This document shows, in pieces, positions 48,551-58,675 of a stretch of DNA of 64,000 bases. Source of the DNA: an uncultured Pseudobdellovibrionaceae bacterium (lineage in GTDB: Bacteria; Patescibacteriota; Minisyncoccia; Moranbacterales; GCA-2747515). The position numbers and the translations under genes are program-made. The stretch covers positions 32,576 through 96,575 of the forward strand of contig CAYXCH010000006.1 of assembly GCA_964463705.1 (NCBI GenBank), read 5' to 3'. Positions within the stretch are counted from its first letter, which is position 1, and the number at the start of each line of letters is the position of its first letter. The notes below the pieces were generated by a model, which worked only from the letters and a program-made list of their open reading frames with translations, was not told the DNA's origin and did not search any database.

Positions 48551-49653
48551 GTGCGAATCGGCATCACGACATAACGATACGCCGTTGCGCCATCATGTGG
48601 CACAATCAGCACCGGAGCGGCGGGCTGCGTAATATGGATTTCCACCGAATCACTGCCACATCGCGATACACCATCCAACACATACCGAGGATTAAGACGC
48701 AATGTTTGCGATCCTCCTTCCACCGTTGCCGAAAGCGTTGTTGTGTGTGTACCGCTTTCCTGTGACGCCGCGGACAGCGTTAGTGTATCTTTTTCCACCG
48801 CCATTTCCATATCACTGTTAATGCGATGAGCGAATGTTTGCGCCACTCGTAAGGCCTTCTCCATATCTCCACGAGATACTACCGCCACTGTTTCACCACG
48901 AGAAGGAATGATTTGCGCATAATCCGGATATGTCGCCGCAATCAATCGTGACACAATCGTAACATCACCGCAACGAACAAACATCTGCCCATCACCTACC
49001 ATCATCCGCACCCCATCATCCGGTACATCCGTCAACACGGAAAGAAGTTCCGCAACAGCGGATGCCGGAACGATAACACTATCGGTAAACCCTCCTTCGG
49101 TACGAGTACACCGCACCTCCGCCAAACGAAATCCATCCGTTGCGGCAAGAACAATATCTTCTCCGTCCGATGCAATAAATACCCCACCCAATTCCGGACG
49201 CGCTTCCGTCTTTGCAACACAGGGAATCACGCGAGACAGTGCATCACGAAATGACGCCACCGGCACTACAACCGCCGTCTCCGCCGACTCCGCAGATGGC
49301 AATGGGGGGAAATCCGCCGCATCCAACATTGGAAGCGTCGCCTGACTCCTCTTTGCACGAATCAATACCGAGCGATCTTGTGTTTCAATTGTTACCACAT
49401 CATCATCTTGCAGTGGCGCGATAAAGCTCCCTAATAAATGCGGCGCACATACCACCTGCCCATCGCGTTCCGCTTTCGCCGACAACTGCACCCGCACACC
49501 GACATCCAAATTTGTCGCTACACAAGATGCAATACCATCACCGACGGATAATAAAACATTTCGCACAATGGGCAATGTACCATCTCGTGCCACCGCCTTT
49601 GCGCTCAACCGAAGCGCGCGATCCAAATGTTGTTTTGTAATGGTAATCTTCAT
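48547..49653 (-). CDS. dnaN: DNA polymerase III beta sliding clamp
   Basis: MKITITKQHLDRALRLSAKAV N-terminus and a three-domain length, directly downstream of dnaA. Confidence 0.85.
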   Translation of the reverse strand: MKITITKQHLDRALRLSAKAVARDGTLPIVRNVLLSVGDGIASCVATNLDVGVRVQLSAKAERDGQVVCAPHLLGSFIAPLQDDDVVTIETQDRSVLIRAKRSQATLPMLDAADFPPLPSAESAETAVVVPVASFRDALSRVIPCVAKTEARPELGGVFIASDGEDIVLAATDGFRLAEVRCTRTEGGFTDSVIVPASAVAELLSVLTDVPDDGVRMMVGDGQMFVRCGDVTIVSRLIAATYPDYAQIIPSRGETVAVVSRGDMEKALRVAQTFAHRINSDMEMAVEKDTLTLSAASQESGTHTTTLSATVEGGSQTLRLNPRYVLDGVSRCGSDSVEIHITQPAAPVLIVPHDGATAYRYVVMPIRT

Positions 49654-49863
49654 AAGAATATAAATCTTATTATTATTAGCGATGTGGAAAGTGTGGAAAA
49701 GACGGGAAATCCGCAGAAGAATAGCATATGTTCAGAGGATAATCTTGTGCGGAATTGTACAAACAGTGTGGATGATTCTGTTATGTGGAGTTTTCCAGAG
49801 GGTTGTCCCATCCACATCCACAACGGTTATACACAGTGTCTCGGGAGGTGTTCACAGTAGTTT
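49654..49863. promoter_or_regulatory. dnaA-dnaN intergenic DnaA-box cluster
   Basis: GTGGAAAGTGTGGAAAAG, TGTGGATGA, TTATGTGGAG, TTTTCCAGA and ATCCACATCCACAAC variants of the TTATCCACA / TTTTCCACA box. Confidence 0.5.
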
Positions 49864-51276
49864 CTACAGGTTACGCAACTTCTTTCTCAATGTGTCAAGA
49901 TCCGAACGCAATGTCGCATCTTGAGTACTGTTTTTTCTTACCTTACGATACCCATGCATAACGGTGGAATGATCTCGTCCGCCCAATTGCGATCCAATTT
50001 CCGGAAACGAGAGATTGAGCTCTTCTCTTAGCAGGTACATGGCGGCATGACGCGCTCCGGCAATTGCTTTTTTTCGTGATGTGCCGCGTAAATCGTCCGG
50101 GGATACACCAAAGTGCTCCGCTACAAGTTCAAGTACCGAGGAGGCGGTATTTGCCGGTGTGTTTCGCGTCACGTGCGGAGCAAGGATTTCCTCTACAACG
50201 GCACGAGACGGAATACGATTATGGAATGTACACAGAGCGGCGATTTTATTTAATGCTCCCTCTAACTCACGGACATTTTGCGCCACATGTTTGGCGATAA
50301 ACTGTGCGGCATCTTCCGGGAGAATAAGATCTTTTTCATCCGCTTTTTTTTGCAGAATCGCTACCCGAGTTTCAAAGTCCGGTGGGCTAATGTCCGCAAT
50401 CATACCACCTTCAAAGCGAGAGCGCAGGCGATCTTCCAGTGTGGCGATTTCGTGAGGTGGACGATCGGAGGAAATGATAATTTGCTTGTTTTGTTGGTAC
50501 AGATGGTTAAAGATATGGAAAAATTCATCTTGTGTTTTCTCTTTTCCCGCCAAAAATTGTACATCATCAATAATCAGTAGATCAATTTCTCTATAGAGGC
50601 GCTTAAAATCGGAGATGGTGTTATTGTGAATGGCATCAATCAATTCACTGGTAAATCGCTCCGAAGAGGTGTAAAGTACGCGTTTAGTGGGATCATTTTT
50701 GACAATAGCATTTCCAATCGCTTGCAGGAGGTGCGTTTTTCCCAGTCCGACATCGCCATAAATAAATAAAGGGTTGTAGGCGCTTCCCGGAGTGGCGGCA
50801 ACTGTTCGTCCCGCAGCATGTGCCAATTCGTTATGAGAGCCGACGATAAAATTGTCAAAAGTATATCGTGTGTTGAGATAGGTATTTGTTTGCGGTGTCG
50901 GTTTCGTGCGAGGAGTGGTAATCGGAGGTGTGGTTGGTGTGGATGATGTTGGACGAAGTGTTGGGCGCTTTGGTTTTGAGGGTAGGGTGGATGGTGCTCC
51001 AACACGGACGGCATCTACACTTCGTGGAGGTGCGGCAACAAGATTGCACCGGATTCGTGTAACATTCGGTGCATGTTTTTTTAGTGCGCGAACTACAATA
51101 TCGGCACACTTGGTTTCAATCCAACTTTTAGCAAACCCGTTTGGTGTACGGATGACCGCACAATCTCCTTCAATGGACTCCAGGGCGGTATTTTTGAACC
51201 ATGTAATAAAATTTGCGCGAGAAATGGATAACTCAATTTCCCCCAGCGCCGCTGTGTACAATTTTTGTAGATCCAT
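49864..51276 (-). CDS. dnaA: Chromosomal replication initiator protein
   Basis: AAA+ Walker A GDVGLGKTHLLQAIGN, Walker B LLIIDDVQFL, and C-terminal DnaA-box-binding helix-turn-helix. Confidence 0.9.
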   Translation of the reverse strand: MDLQKLYTAALGEIELSISRANFITWFKNTALESIEGDCAVIRTPNGFAKSWIETKCADIVVRALKKHAPNVTRIRCNLVAAPPRSVDAVRVGAPSTLPSKPKRPTLRPTSSTPTTPPITTPRTKPTPQTNTYLNTRYTFDNFIVGSHNELAHAAGRTVAATPGSAYNPLFIYGDVGLGKTHLLQAIGNAIVKNDPTKRVLYTSSERFTSELIDAIHNNTISDFKRLYREIDLLIIDDVQFLAGKEKTQDEFFHIFNHLYQQNKQIIISSDRPPHEIATLEDRLRSRFEGGMIADISPPDFETRVAILQKKADEKDLILPEDAAQFIAKHVAQNVRELEGALNKIAALCTFHNRIPSRAVVEEILAPHVTRNTPANTASSVLELVAEHFGVSPDDLRGTSRKKAIAGARHAAMYLLREELNLSFPEIGSQLGGRDHSTVMHGYRKVRKNSTQDATLRSDLDTLRKKLRNL

Positions 51277-51515
51277 AGGAAAAATGTATTGCGTTTGGTT
51301 TTAGTTTACCACATGACAATAGTTGTTGTGGAAAACTGTGGAAAAAATAGTGGAAAACATGATACTTTTTCACAGTGTTATAAAAAAACGTTGGAAATAA
51401 AAGAAAACTTCTGTACATATAGTACAAAAGTTTTCCACAGTTTGATAATAATTAAGATGAAAAAACTGTAGGAGAATTAATATAATTTCCCATTATGAAA
51501 GTGATTTTTCCACAG
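51277..51515. promoter_or_regulatory. Probable oriC. A DnaA-box array flanks AT-rich unwinding segments.
   Basis: Three TGTGGAAAA-type boxes at 51327..51357 and three TTTTyCACA boxes at 51366..51374, 51431..51439 and 51506..51514. AT-rich stretches lie at 51380..51430 and 51442..51505. Confidence 0.55.
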
Positions 51516-53244
51516 TTTCTTGTGTATAAACATGTAAAACATCACCTTTTTTAATTCGCACCGGTGTTGTGATTTGTATTCCACACTCTTTTCCGCTCGT
51601 AATCACATCCGTATCCATTGCACCCTCTTTAATTCCCGTAATTTCTCCCACTGCCAACTCTGTTCCGTCTCGCATGATACGAGCAAAGGTGTTGGGCCGC
51701 AATTCTCCCGTATCCACAATACCCCCGATAATCATGCGCTGTTGTTCTTTGTGGAAAATTGCCAGCACATCAACGGTCCCAATATCGGTGCGGATAACTT
51801 CATCGGGAAGGTTGTCCAACAATGTTGCTGTAATGGCGTCCACCACTTCATAGATAATGGAATATGTTTCAATCGTAACACCACGATCCTCTGCCATTCG
51901 TCGCGCAACAGAGGTGGCGTGAATATTAAACCCGTAAATGCGTGCTCCGGCACTTTGTGCAAGTTTAACATCGGACTCCGTAATATTTCCCACTCCGGTG
52001 GATACAATATCCAATGCGATTTTTTTCTTCGGAATAGTGTCCAAAATTTGTATGATTGCTTCAATAGATCCTTGAACATCCGCTTTAATGAGAATGGGAA
52101 GATGTGGAATATCATCCTCGGTTTTCTTTGTAGTGACTTCTCCCTCTGCGCGGCGCGCTTTGGCACGGGCGATTTGTTTTCCACTCACGACTTGTACAAC
52201 ATCATTGACATCCGGAGCATCGTTGAGTCCGTAAATTGTAACAGCGCTACTGGGTGGTGCACTGGAAACACTGCGTCCCGTATGATCTTCCATGCGACGA
52301 ATGCGCCCATGAGTGGATCCAACAGTAACATCATGTCCCACTTTTAGTGTTCCCGTTTTTACAACAACAGTTGCGGTCGCTCCCTTTTTTGGATCTCTGT
52401 GGGATTCCAATACCACCGCCAACCCATCACGTTCCTCATCGGCACGGTAATCTTCCACTTCCGCCAGCAATAGAATATTTTCCAATAAATCACCGATTCC
52501 GATATTGTTTTTCGCACTGATTTCATTGCAAATGATATCACCGCCCCACTCTTCAATCATCAATCCATGCTCCGCAAGCTCTTGTTTTACTTTTGCAACA
52601 TTGGCGGTGGGTTTATCAATTTTATTGATGGCAACAATTGTTTTGATATTGCGCTCTTTAATATATGCAATCACTTCCTCTGTTTGCGGACGAATACCAT
52701 CATCGGCGGCGACGATAAGAATTGCAATATCGGCAAGTGACGCTCCGCGCTCACGCATGGCGGCAAATGCCGCGTGTCCCGGAGTATCAATAAAAGTAAT
52801 GAATTTCCCTCGTTTTTTGACTTGATACGCACTGATATGTTGCGTAATGCCCCCCGCTTCACTTGCTGCAACACTGGCGGCGCGAATTGTGTCCAATAGT
52901 GTTGTTTTTCCATGATCAACATGTCCGAGAATTGTGACAACCGGCGGACGGCTGCGGAGATTTTTTCCACTTTCTCGCTCTTTTTCGCAAATTGTCAAGA
53001 CATCTTCCAGCGTCAGTGTATCATCATCGCCAACGGTAACATCAGGATGTGGAGAAAATCCCAAATCTTCCGCGATAATCACCGCCGTTTCATAATCAAT
53101 ATCTTCATTGATGGTTGCCATGATGCCGTTTTTCATCAACTCACCGATAACGGTGGTAACCGGCAATTCCATAATTTCCGCCAATCGTTTAACGGTTACG
53201 CGATCGGGAATGGCGATTTCGCGAAGTGAAGAAGATGTTGTCAT
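51493..53244 (-). CDS. infB: Translation initiation factor IF-2 (short form, 583 aa)
   Basis: G-domain ILGHVDHGKTTLLDTIR, DTPGHAAF and NKID motifs. C-terminal beta-barrel domains. Confidence 0.9.
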   Translation of the reverse strand: MTTSSSLREIAIPDRVTVKRLAEIMELPVTTVIGELMKNGIMATINEDIDYETAVIIAEDLGFSPHPDVTVGDDDTLTLEDVLTICEKERESGKNLRSRPPVVTILGHVDHGKTTLLDTIRAASVAASEAGGITQHISAYQVKKRGKFITFIDTPGHAAFAAMRERGASLADIAILIVAADDGIRPQTEEVIAYIKERNIKTIVAINKIDKPTANVAKVKQELAEHGLMIEEWGGDIICNEISAKNNIGIGDLLENILLLAEVEDYRADEERDGLAVVLESHRDPKKGATATVVVKTGTLKVGHDVTVGSTHGRIRRMEDHTGRSVSSAPPSSAVTIYGLNDAPDVNDVVQVVSGKQIARAKARRAEGEVTTKKTEDDIPHLPILIKADVQGSIEAIIQILDTIPKKKIALDIVSTGVGNITESDVKLAQSAGARIYGFNIHATSVARRMAEDRGVTIETYSIIYEVVDAITATLLDNLPDEVIRTDIGTVDVLAIFHKEQQRMIIGGIVDTGELRPNTFARIMRDGTELAVGEITGIKEGAMDTDVITSGKECGIQITTPVRIKKGDVLHVYTQETVEKSLS

Positions 53245-53254
53245 AGGTGTCAGT

Positions 53255-53749
53255 TTAATTCTGTTCAGTAGTGGCGCGTGTTAGCGCCTCCCGCTCTTCA
53301 TCGGAAAGAGTGTAGGGAGAAGTATGATTGGTTAATGGTTTCGCATAAATTCGCGTTCCATCTCTTGTATGCAGAGAAGAAACGATAACACCGTCCCCGT
53401 GAGCATTAAGGAGTGCAAGAGCGAAACTTTGATCTCCACCCAAATCTTTGAACGGATTATACCGCACAACATGAACATGATGAATACTGCGATGGGCAAT
53501 GGCGCGTGTAGCGTCATGCTCCTCTCGTAAAGCGGAAATCTCCGCACGGAGCGCATCCAATTCTTTGTTATGGGCGTGAATTGTGTCTTCCAGAGTGGCG
53601 CCACGCTTTCCTCGTGTCAAATGCGCCACCGTTTGTGTCAGTTGTCGATAACGAAACCAAAGGAATACCAGTGCGCCAATAACAATACACAGCGCACAGG
53701 CAAGTGCGACCACAGCCCAAATGAGTTCATGTGGTGAAAGCGGTATCAT
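53255..53749 (-). CDS. DUF4446-like protein (N-terminal TM, coiled coil, conserved C-terminal domain)
   Basis: VVRYNPFKDLGGDQSFALALLNAHGDGVIVSSLHTRDGTRIYAKPL matches the DUF4446 core. Confidence 0.5.
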   Translation of the reverse strand: MIPLSPHELIWAVVALACALCIVIGALVFLWFRYRQLTQTVAHLTRGKRGATLEDTIHAHNKELDALRAEISALREEHDATRAIAHRSIHHVHVVRYNPFKDLGGDQSFALALLNAHGDGVIVSSLHTRDGTRIYAKPLTNHTSPYTLSDEEREALTRATTEQN

Positions 53750-53768
53750 GTCTTTACGCTATCACTTC

Positions 53769-53797
53769 TTTGCGATATTGTAAATGTTCGGTATACT
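53769..53797 (+). promoter_or_regulatory. Sigma70-like promoter for the FNR-like gene
   Basis: TTGCGA, a 17-nt spacer, then TATACT. Confidence 0.45.
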
Positions 53798-53823
53798 AAA
53801 ATCATGGAATTAACAGCACACGG

Positions 53824-54522
53824 ATGACCCCGCGTTCGTATACGATTACACTTCGGGAGAAGCGAGAAATTGCGGAACAGACGATTGCCGCATCCTTTGT
53901 TGCTGATCAAGAAGTTGTGTTTCGTCCCGGACAGTTTGCCACATTGCGTAATCCCTCATTAAGCCCGCAAGAGGCAACACGAGTGTTTTCTTTTGCGTCC
54001 GCCCCATCAGATACGGAGCTATTGTTTGTATGGCGACACAGTGACAGTGTGTGGAAACGTGCCGCCGCCGAAATGGCACCGGGAGAAACGCTCACAATGA
54101 TTGCTCCCGCCGGACACGCAACGATTCCGGAGGGGTTACCGGTGGTATTTTTGGTGGCGGGTATTGGAATTACACCGGTACGTAGCATCGTGCGTGATGC
54201 CCGATACACCGGGGTGAAAACGGATTTTGTTTTACTATACTCCAATCGGTCTCGTGCATCAACTGCATTTTTTGACGAATTTTCCCGTTATAATTCGGAG
54301 GGGGTGTGCCGAACGGTATTTACGATGACAGACGATAATCAATGGAATGGAGAGCGTTCCATGATCGATGTGGAATGTGTCCGCCGCCATGTTCCCGATA
54401 TTGCAAGGCGGCATATATACATTGTCGGCGCCGGCGGGTTTGTTCGTGCAATGGAAGGAGTGGTGGCGCAGCTGGGTATTGCCAAAGATCGCATTATTTG
54501 CGATAATTTTGGCGGTGCGTAA
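53824..54522 (+). CDS. Ferredoxin-NADP reductase-like FAD/NAD(P)-binding oxidoreductase
   Basis: FAD-binding RPGQFATL...RVFSFAS (the R-x-Y-S motif) and NAD-binding VAGIGITP, with LLYSNRS. Confidence 0.65.
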   Translation: MTPRSYTITLREKREIAEQTIAASFVADQEVVFRPGQFATLRNPSLSPQEATRVFSFASAPSDTELLFVWRHSDSVWKRAAAEMAPGETLTMIAPAGHATIPEGLPVVFLVAGIGITPVRSIVRDARYTGVKTDFVLLYSNRSRASTAFFDEFSRYNSEGVCRTVFTMTDDNQWNGERSMIDVECVRRHVPDIARRHIYIVGAGGFVRAMEGVVAQLGIAKDRIICDNFGGA

Positions 54523-54564
54523 AAGAGTTGCATAGTTTAAGGTTTTCTGTTACCATAGCGGTAT

Positions 54565-54636
<72 letters not shown>

Positions 54637-54650
54637 CAAAGAATTGCAAC

Positions 54651-54932
54651 ATGAATATTACAGTGGCGGTACAAGAGAATGACGCGGTAGTGGCGTTATG
54701 TGACGGCGCGCGCGTTATTGCGGTTGGTGATGTTGTGCCGGTACGGGATGTGTCGGCACAGTTGTTCGGGGTGATTGATTCACTGTGTGAGGGTGCGGGA
54801 GTGTCTCGGGATGATATTGAGCGAATCACCGTAACATCGCCACTGTCAAACAGTGCGATTACGCAACGAGCGTTGCGGACGGTGGAGCGTGTTGTGGAGC
54901 ATGAGCGAAATCGGACACGACGCTCTTCCTAA
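54651..54932 (+). CDS. Short TsaB/YeaZ-like N-terminal domain protein (~93 aa)
   Basis: MNITVAVQENDAVVALCDG...VSAQLFGVIDSLCEGAGVSRDDIERITVTSP resembles the TsaB N-terminal half. The ORF-track N-terminus (54528 onward) overlaps tRNA-Gly and was trimmed. Confidence 0.35.
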   Translation: MNITVAVQENDAVVALCDGARVIAVGDVVPVRDVSAQLFGVIDSLCEGAGVSRDDIERITVTSPLSNSAITQRALRTVERVVEHERNRTRRSS

Positions 54933-55025
54933 TGCACCCGTTGACGATTTCAATATTTTGCGGTAAGATAAAGCAAGTTTGGCGTTGGTAACGCGTTTTT
55001 GTTATTGTTTGATGCAGATACTGTT

Positions 55026-55727
55026 ATGCACACAACACTGATAGAATTTAATCGTACTCAGCGGGATGCGGATGCTACAACATTTCGTGCCGGAGATGTT
55101 GTCCGTGTTCATCGGAAAATCGTTGAGGGAAACAAGGAGCGTATACAGGTTTTTGAGGGTATGGTGATTGTTATGCGCGGTGGACAGAGTTCGTCACCGA
55201 TGATGACGGTGCGAAAGGTTTCCAATGGTGTCGGAGTGGAAATTGTTGTTCCGATATATTCTCCAAATATTGTAAAGATTGAGCGTGTAAAGCGTGCAAA
55301 GGTTCGTCGAGCAAATATTCGCTTTATCCGCACCAAGCCGGTGAAAAAATTGCGATTTTCCTTTACCGACGCAAAGACGGTGGAAGAGAAAGAGGCGGCA
55401 TATCGTGCGCGAACAGCGAATGATAATACGGATGATGCCGCTGCGGCTGATACCACCACCTCCGCATCAACAGACACTCCCACCGATGATTTGACAAAGA
55501 TTGAAGGAATCGGTCCCAAAATCGCCCAAACACTTGCCGATGCCGGAATCACCACCTTTGCCGCATTGGCGGATGCAGACACGGACACAATTGAACAAAT
55601 CATCTCTTCTGTTCGCGGCTCTCACTCTCCCGCAACATGGAGCAAGCAAGCCGCCCTTGCCCGAGACGGAAAGTGGGAAGAGCTCTCCGCATGGCAAGAG
55701 GAGTTGGTTGGCGGAAAAGAAGCGTAG
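55026..55727 (+). CDS. rplS: Ribosomal protein L19 with ~130-aa C-terminal extension containing a helix-hairpin-helix motif
   Basis: The L19 core is RAGDVVRVHRKIVEGNKERIQVFEGMVI...VRKVSNGVGVEIVVPIYSPNIVKIERV. The extension has an acidic/Thr-rich linker, then IEGIGPKIAQTLADAGITTFAALA (HhH). Confidence 0.8.
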   Translation: MHTTLIEFNRTQRDADATTFRAGDVVRVHRKIVEGNKERIQVFEGMVIVMRGGQSSSPMMTVRKVSNGVGVEIVVPIYSPNIVKIERVKRAKVRRANIRFIRTKPVKKLRFSFTDAKTVEEKEAAYRARTANDNTDDAAAADTTTSASTDTPTDDLTKIEGIGPKIAQTLADAGITTFAALADADTDTIEQIISSVRGSHSPATWSKQAALARDGKWEELSAWQEELVGGKEA

Positions 55728-55748
55728 TACGACATTTATACGTGATAT

Positions 55749-55780
55749 AAAAAGACAAGCGAACTCGCTTGTCTTTTTAT
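55749..55780 (+). terminator. Intrinsic terminator after rplS
   Basis: AAAAAGACAAGCGA, ACT, CGCTTGTCTTTTT, then ATTAT. Confidence 0.55.
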
Positions 55781-55808
55781 TATACTTCCTGTATGATTGC
55801 AGATGTAT

Positions 55809-55893
55809 GCCGTGGTGCTGGAATTGGTAGACAGGCCAGGTTGAGGGCCTGGTGTCCATTGCGGGCGTGCGGGTTCAAGTCCCGCCCACGGCA
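55809..55893 (+). tRNA. tRNA-Leu (anticodon GAG), class II with long variable arm
   Basis: Anticodon loop UUGAGGG, a long variable arm, and T-arm CGGGUUCAAGUCCCG. Confidence 0.85.
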
Positions 55894-55899
55894 CAAAAA

Positions 55900-55923
55900 C
55901 ACCTCTATTGCGAGGTGTTTTTT
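55900..55923 (+). terminator. Intrinsic terminator after tRNA-Leu
   Basis: CACCTC, TATTGC, GAGGTG, then TTTTTT. Confidence 0.5.
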
Positions 55924-56077
55924 AGTGTGATTAATTATCGGAGCAATAAGAGTGAGAAGTTTTAAGAAGGATATGAGAGCATATGTCATATCGCGTACTT
56001 ACGGTCGGTTGTATTAAATTGAATTCGGATCAATAAATACGGCACATTCAGAAGGACGTTTTATGTTATCATGAAGT

Positions 56078-58675
56078 ATGACACAGAAACTCTTACGCCT
56101 AATTGCGAGAATTTACGGATTTTTCTTGCATCGCCGATATACGGTGACGGTACGCGGTGCTGATGTGATACGTCCCGATACCGCATCGCTAATTCTTCCC
56201 AATCACCAGGCAATGGTAGATCCGCAATTATTACTGTGTGATCTTGCATCGCGTGGTGTCATGCCGGCGCCGGTAGTGGCACGGTATATTTATGAAATTC
56301 CCGGTTTGCATACACTGTTGCGATGGATATCCGCACTCCCCATTGGAATGGAAGACGGGGAACAAAGTGTTTCGGAAACACATGCGGCAATCATATCTCA
56401 TATACGAAATGGTGGTCATGTAGTGGTGTACCCATCCGGGCAAACGCAGTCCCAAGGATATGAAATCATTGGAGCAAAGCGAACGGCGTATGAGGTGGCA
56501 AGCGCATTGCCGAATACTCGGCTAATCGGTGTACGAATTTCCGGATTATGGGGGAGTGTGTGGAGTCGGGCATATACCGGTCGTGTACCAAAATTGGAAC
56601 GCGTACTCCCCTACTCCGTTCTGATGATGATATTGAACGGTATTATATTTACACCGCGACGAACGGTTTGTATAGAATATGAGGATCTTACGGAAACATT
56701 GAGGTCCTGTACAACACGTGCGGAATTCAATGCCGCATTGGAACATTTTTACAATATAAATGGAGAAGAGACAGCACGATTTATTCCACATCATTGGTTG
56801 TTTCGCAAAACGTCCCGTTCGCTTCCGCAACACATTGAAGGAGCGAGAAATCGGCGGCTGTTTACATCGGCACAAGTTTCCGATGAGGTTCGTGCAATAG
56901 TGGATGAGGCGATTGCAACGGTGACGGACGGAGCAATTCAGTCTCCGAACGCATCCTGGCGATTGGATAAGGAGTGTGATTTGGATTCATTACAGCGTGC
57001 CGAAGTGGTAACGATGGTATGTCAGCGCTTCGAGCGACCGGTTGTGTCAGATATTTCTCGTATTCAAGTGGTGGAAGATCTTTATGCGCTGGCACGAGAA
57101 CACGAAGAAGAATCACCACTGCCACCATACGATGCAATACATACGGGAGAGTCGTCACGTCGGAAGATATCACGGAGCGCAACGATTCTGGATGCATTTT
57201 TTTCCGCCATTCAATCCTCTCCCGCATCACCATGGGTCTTTGACATCATTCGCGGCGGCGCAAGCGCGCGAAATGTGTTAATGCGAGCAATGATTGTATC
57301 AGACATTATTCGTCGGGCAACATCGCGAGAGCGAGTAGGGATTTTATTACCGGCATCACAAGGGGCGGCGATCGCTATTTTGGCATGCTATTTGTGTGGG
57401 AAGATTCCGGTGATGATAAACTGGACGGCCGGGCATCGAGCGTTGCGCCATATGGTTCGTTGCGGAATGATTGATACGATTATTACGGCGCGATCATTTT
57501 TTTCACGCATAGAGCAAGACATGCCGAAATCATTGGTGTCGCGTTATGTTTATTTGGATGTGGAGGCGTCTCGTTTGTCCCGGTGGCGAATATTGCGAGG
57601 AGTAGTGATGAGTATGATGCCGACGATACTTCATCGTCGCAATATTCCAGAAACGGCGGTTGTATTATTTACCAGTGGGAGTGAATCTCTTCCCAAGGCC
57701 GTTCCCCTGACACATCAAAATATTTTACATAATATTCAGGCGGCGTTACGTGTAGTGGACGTACGCAGTGATGATATTTTATTGGGAATCCTTCCCCCGT
57801 TTCACAGCTTTGGATTTACGGTAACGACGATTTTGCCGCTAGTGGCTGCGGTGCGTGTCGTCTATGTTCCGGATCCGACGGATGCGCGGAGTATTGTGCG
57901 AGCAATCGCACATACGAATGCCACGCTGTTCCCCACTGCCCCGACGTTTTTGCGTTCCGTGGTATCTGCATCGGCGGACGGTGCGTTATCATCGTTGAGA
58001 ATTATTTTGACCGGTGCGGAAGCTTGTGATACGGCACTGCGCCATGCTTGTCAGCGAGTTGCTCCCGGAGCGCAAATTTATGAAGGATATGGAGTAACGG
58101 AGTGTTCGCCGGTAGTAACTCTTGCCACTACTCCACATACCGGTGTCGGTGCGCCGTTACCGGGAGTGCACGTCAGCGTGCGAGATATTCAAACTCATGA
58201 AGAATGTCCACCGTCACAGTTGGGAATGATTTGGGTCCATGGCCCCAACGTATTTAACGGTTATGAGTGCGTGAAGAATACGGATACCTTTCGGATGTTT
58301 GATCATCGGCGATACTATAAAACGGGAGATCTTGGAGTGTTAGATAAGGAAGGAAATCTTTTCCTGCGCGGTCGTCTTAAGCGGTTTGTTAAGGTGGGAG
58401 GAGAAATGGTTAGCTTACCGATGATTGAGGAGATGATTTCAGACATATTTCCCGACAACGAAGATGGTCCACAGTATGCAGTGGTATCCGATGCCTCGGA
58501 TCACATACTATGTGTAACCGTTTGTCGTGATATTACGCGGGAGCATATCAATGATGCATTAGTGCGGCACGGTGCTCCGCGTGTTGCACGCGTGGCGGCG
58601 ATCCGGTATGTGGAACGTATTCCACTATTAGGGAGTGGAAAAGTGGATTATCGCACTCTGCAAAAAAATGTATGA
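56078..58675 (+). CDS. aas: Aas-like tri-domain protein: lysophospholipid acyltransferase, acyl-carrier-like domain, and acyl-ACP/acyl-CoA synthetase (AMP-binding)
   Basis: N-terminal HQAMVDP (HxxxxD acyltransferase motif). Mid-region LDSLQRAEVVTMV with a DSL carrier-protein serine context. C-terminal AMP-binding motifs (LFTSGSESLPKAV, GYGVTE, YKTGDLG, RLKRFVKVGGEMV). Confidence 0.8.
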   Translation: MTQKLLRLIARIYGFFLHRRYTVTVRGADVIRPDTASLILPNHQAMVDPQLLLCDLASRGVMPAPVVARYIYEIPGLHTLLRWISALPIGMEDGEQSVSETHAAIISHIRNGGHVVVYPSGQTQSQGYEIIGAKRTAYEVASALPNTRLIGVRISGLWGSVWSRAYTGRVPKLERVLPYSVLMMILNGIIFTPRRTVCIEYEDLTETLRSCTTRAEFNAALEHFYNINGEETARFIPHHWLFRKTSRSLPQHIEGARNRRLFTSAQVSDEVRAIVDEAIATVTDGAIQSPNASWRLDKECDLDSLQRAEVVTMVCQRFERPVVSDISRIQVVEDLYALAREHEEESPLPPYDAIHTGESSRRKISRSATILDAFFSAIQSSPASPWVFDIIRGGASARNVLMRAMIVSDIIRRATSRERVGILLPASQGAAIAILACYLCGKIPVMINWTAGHRALRHMVRCGMIDTIITARSFFSRIEQDMPKSLVSRYVYLDVEASRLSRWRILRGVVMSMMPTILHRRNIPETAVVLFTSGSESLPKAVPLTHQNILHNIQAALRVVDVRSDDILLGILPPFHSFGFTVTTILPLVAAVRVVYVPDPTDARSIVRAIAHTNATLFPTAPTFLRSVVSASADGALSSLRIILTGAEACDTALRHACQRVAPGAQIYEGYGVTECSPVVTLATTPHTGVGAPLPGVHVSVRDIQTHEECPPSQLGMIWVHGPNVFNGYECVKNTDTFRMFDHRRYYKTGDLGVLDKEGNLFLRGRLKRFVKVGGEMVSLPMIEEMISDIFPDNEDGPQYAVVSDASDHILCVTVCRDITREHINDALVRHGAPRVARVAAIRYVERIPLLGSGKVDYRTLQKNV

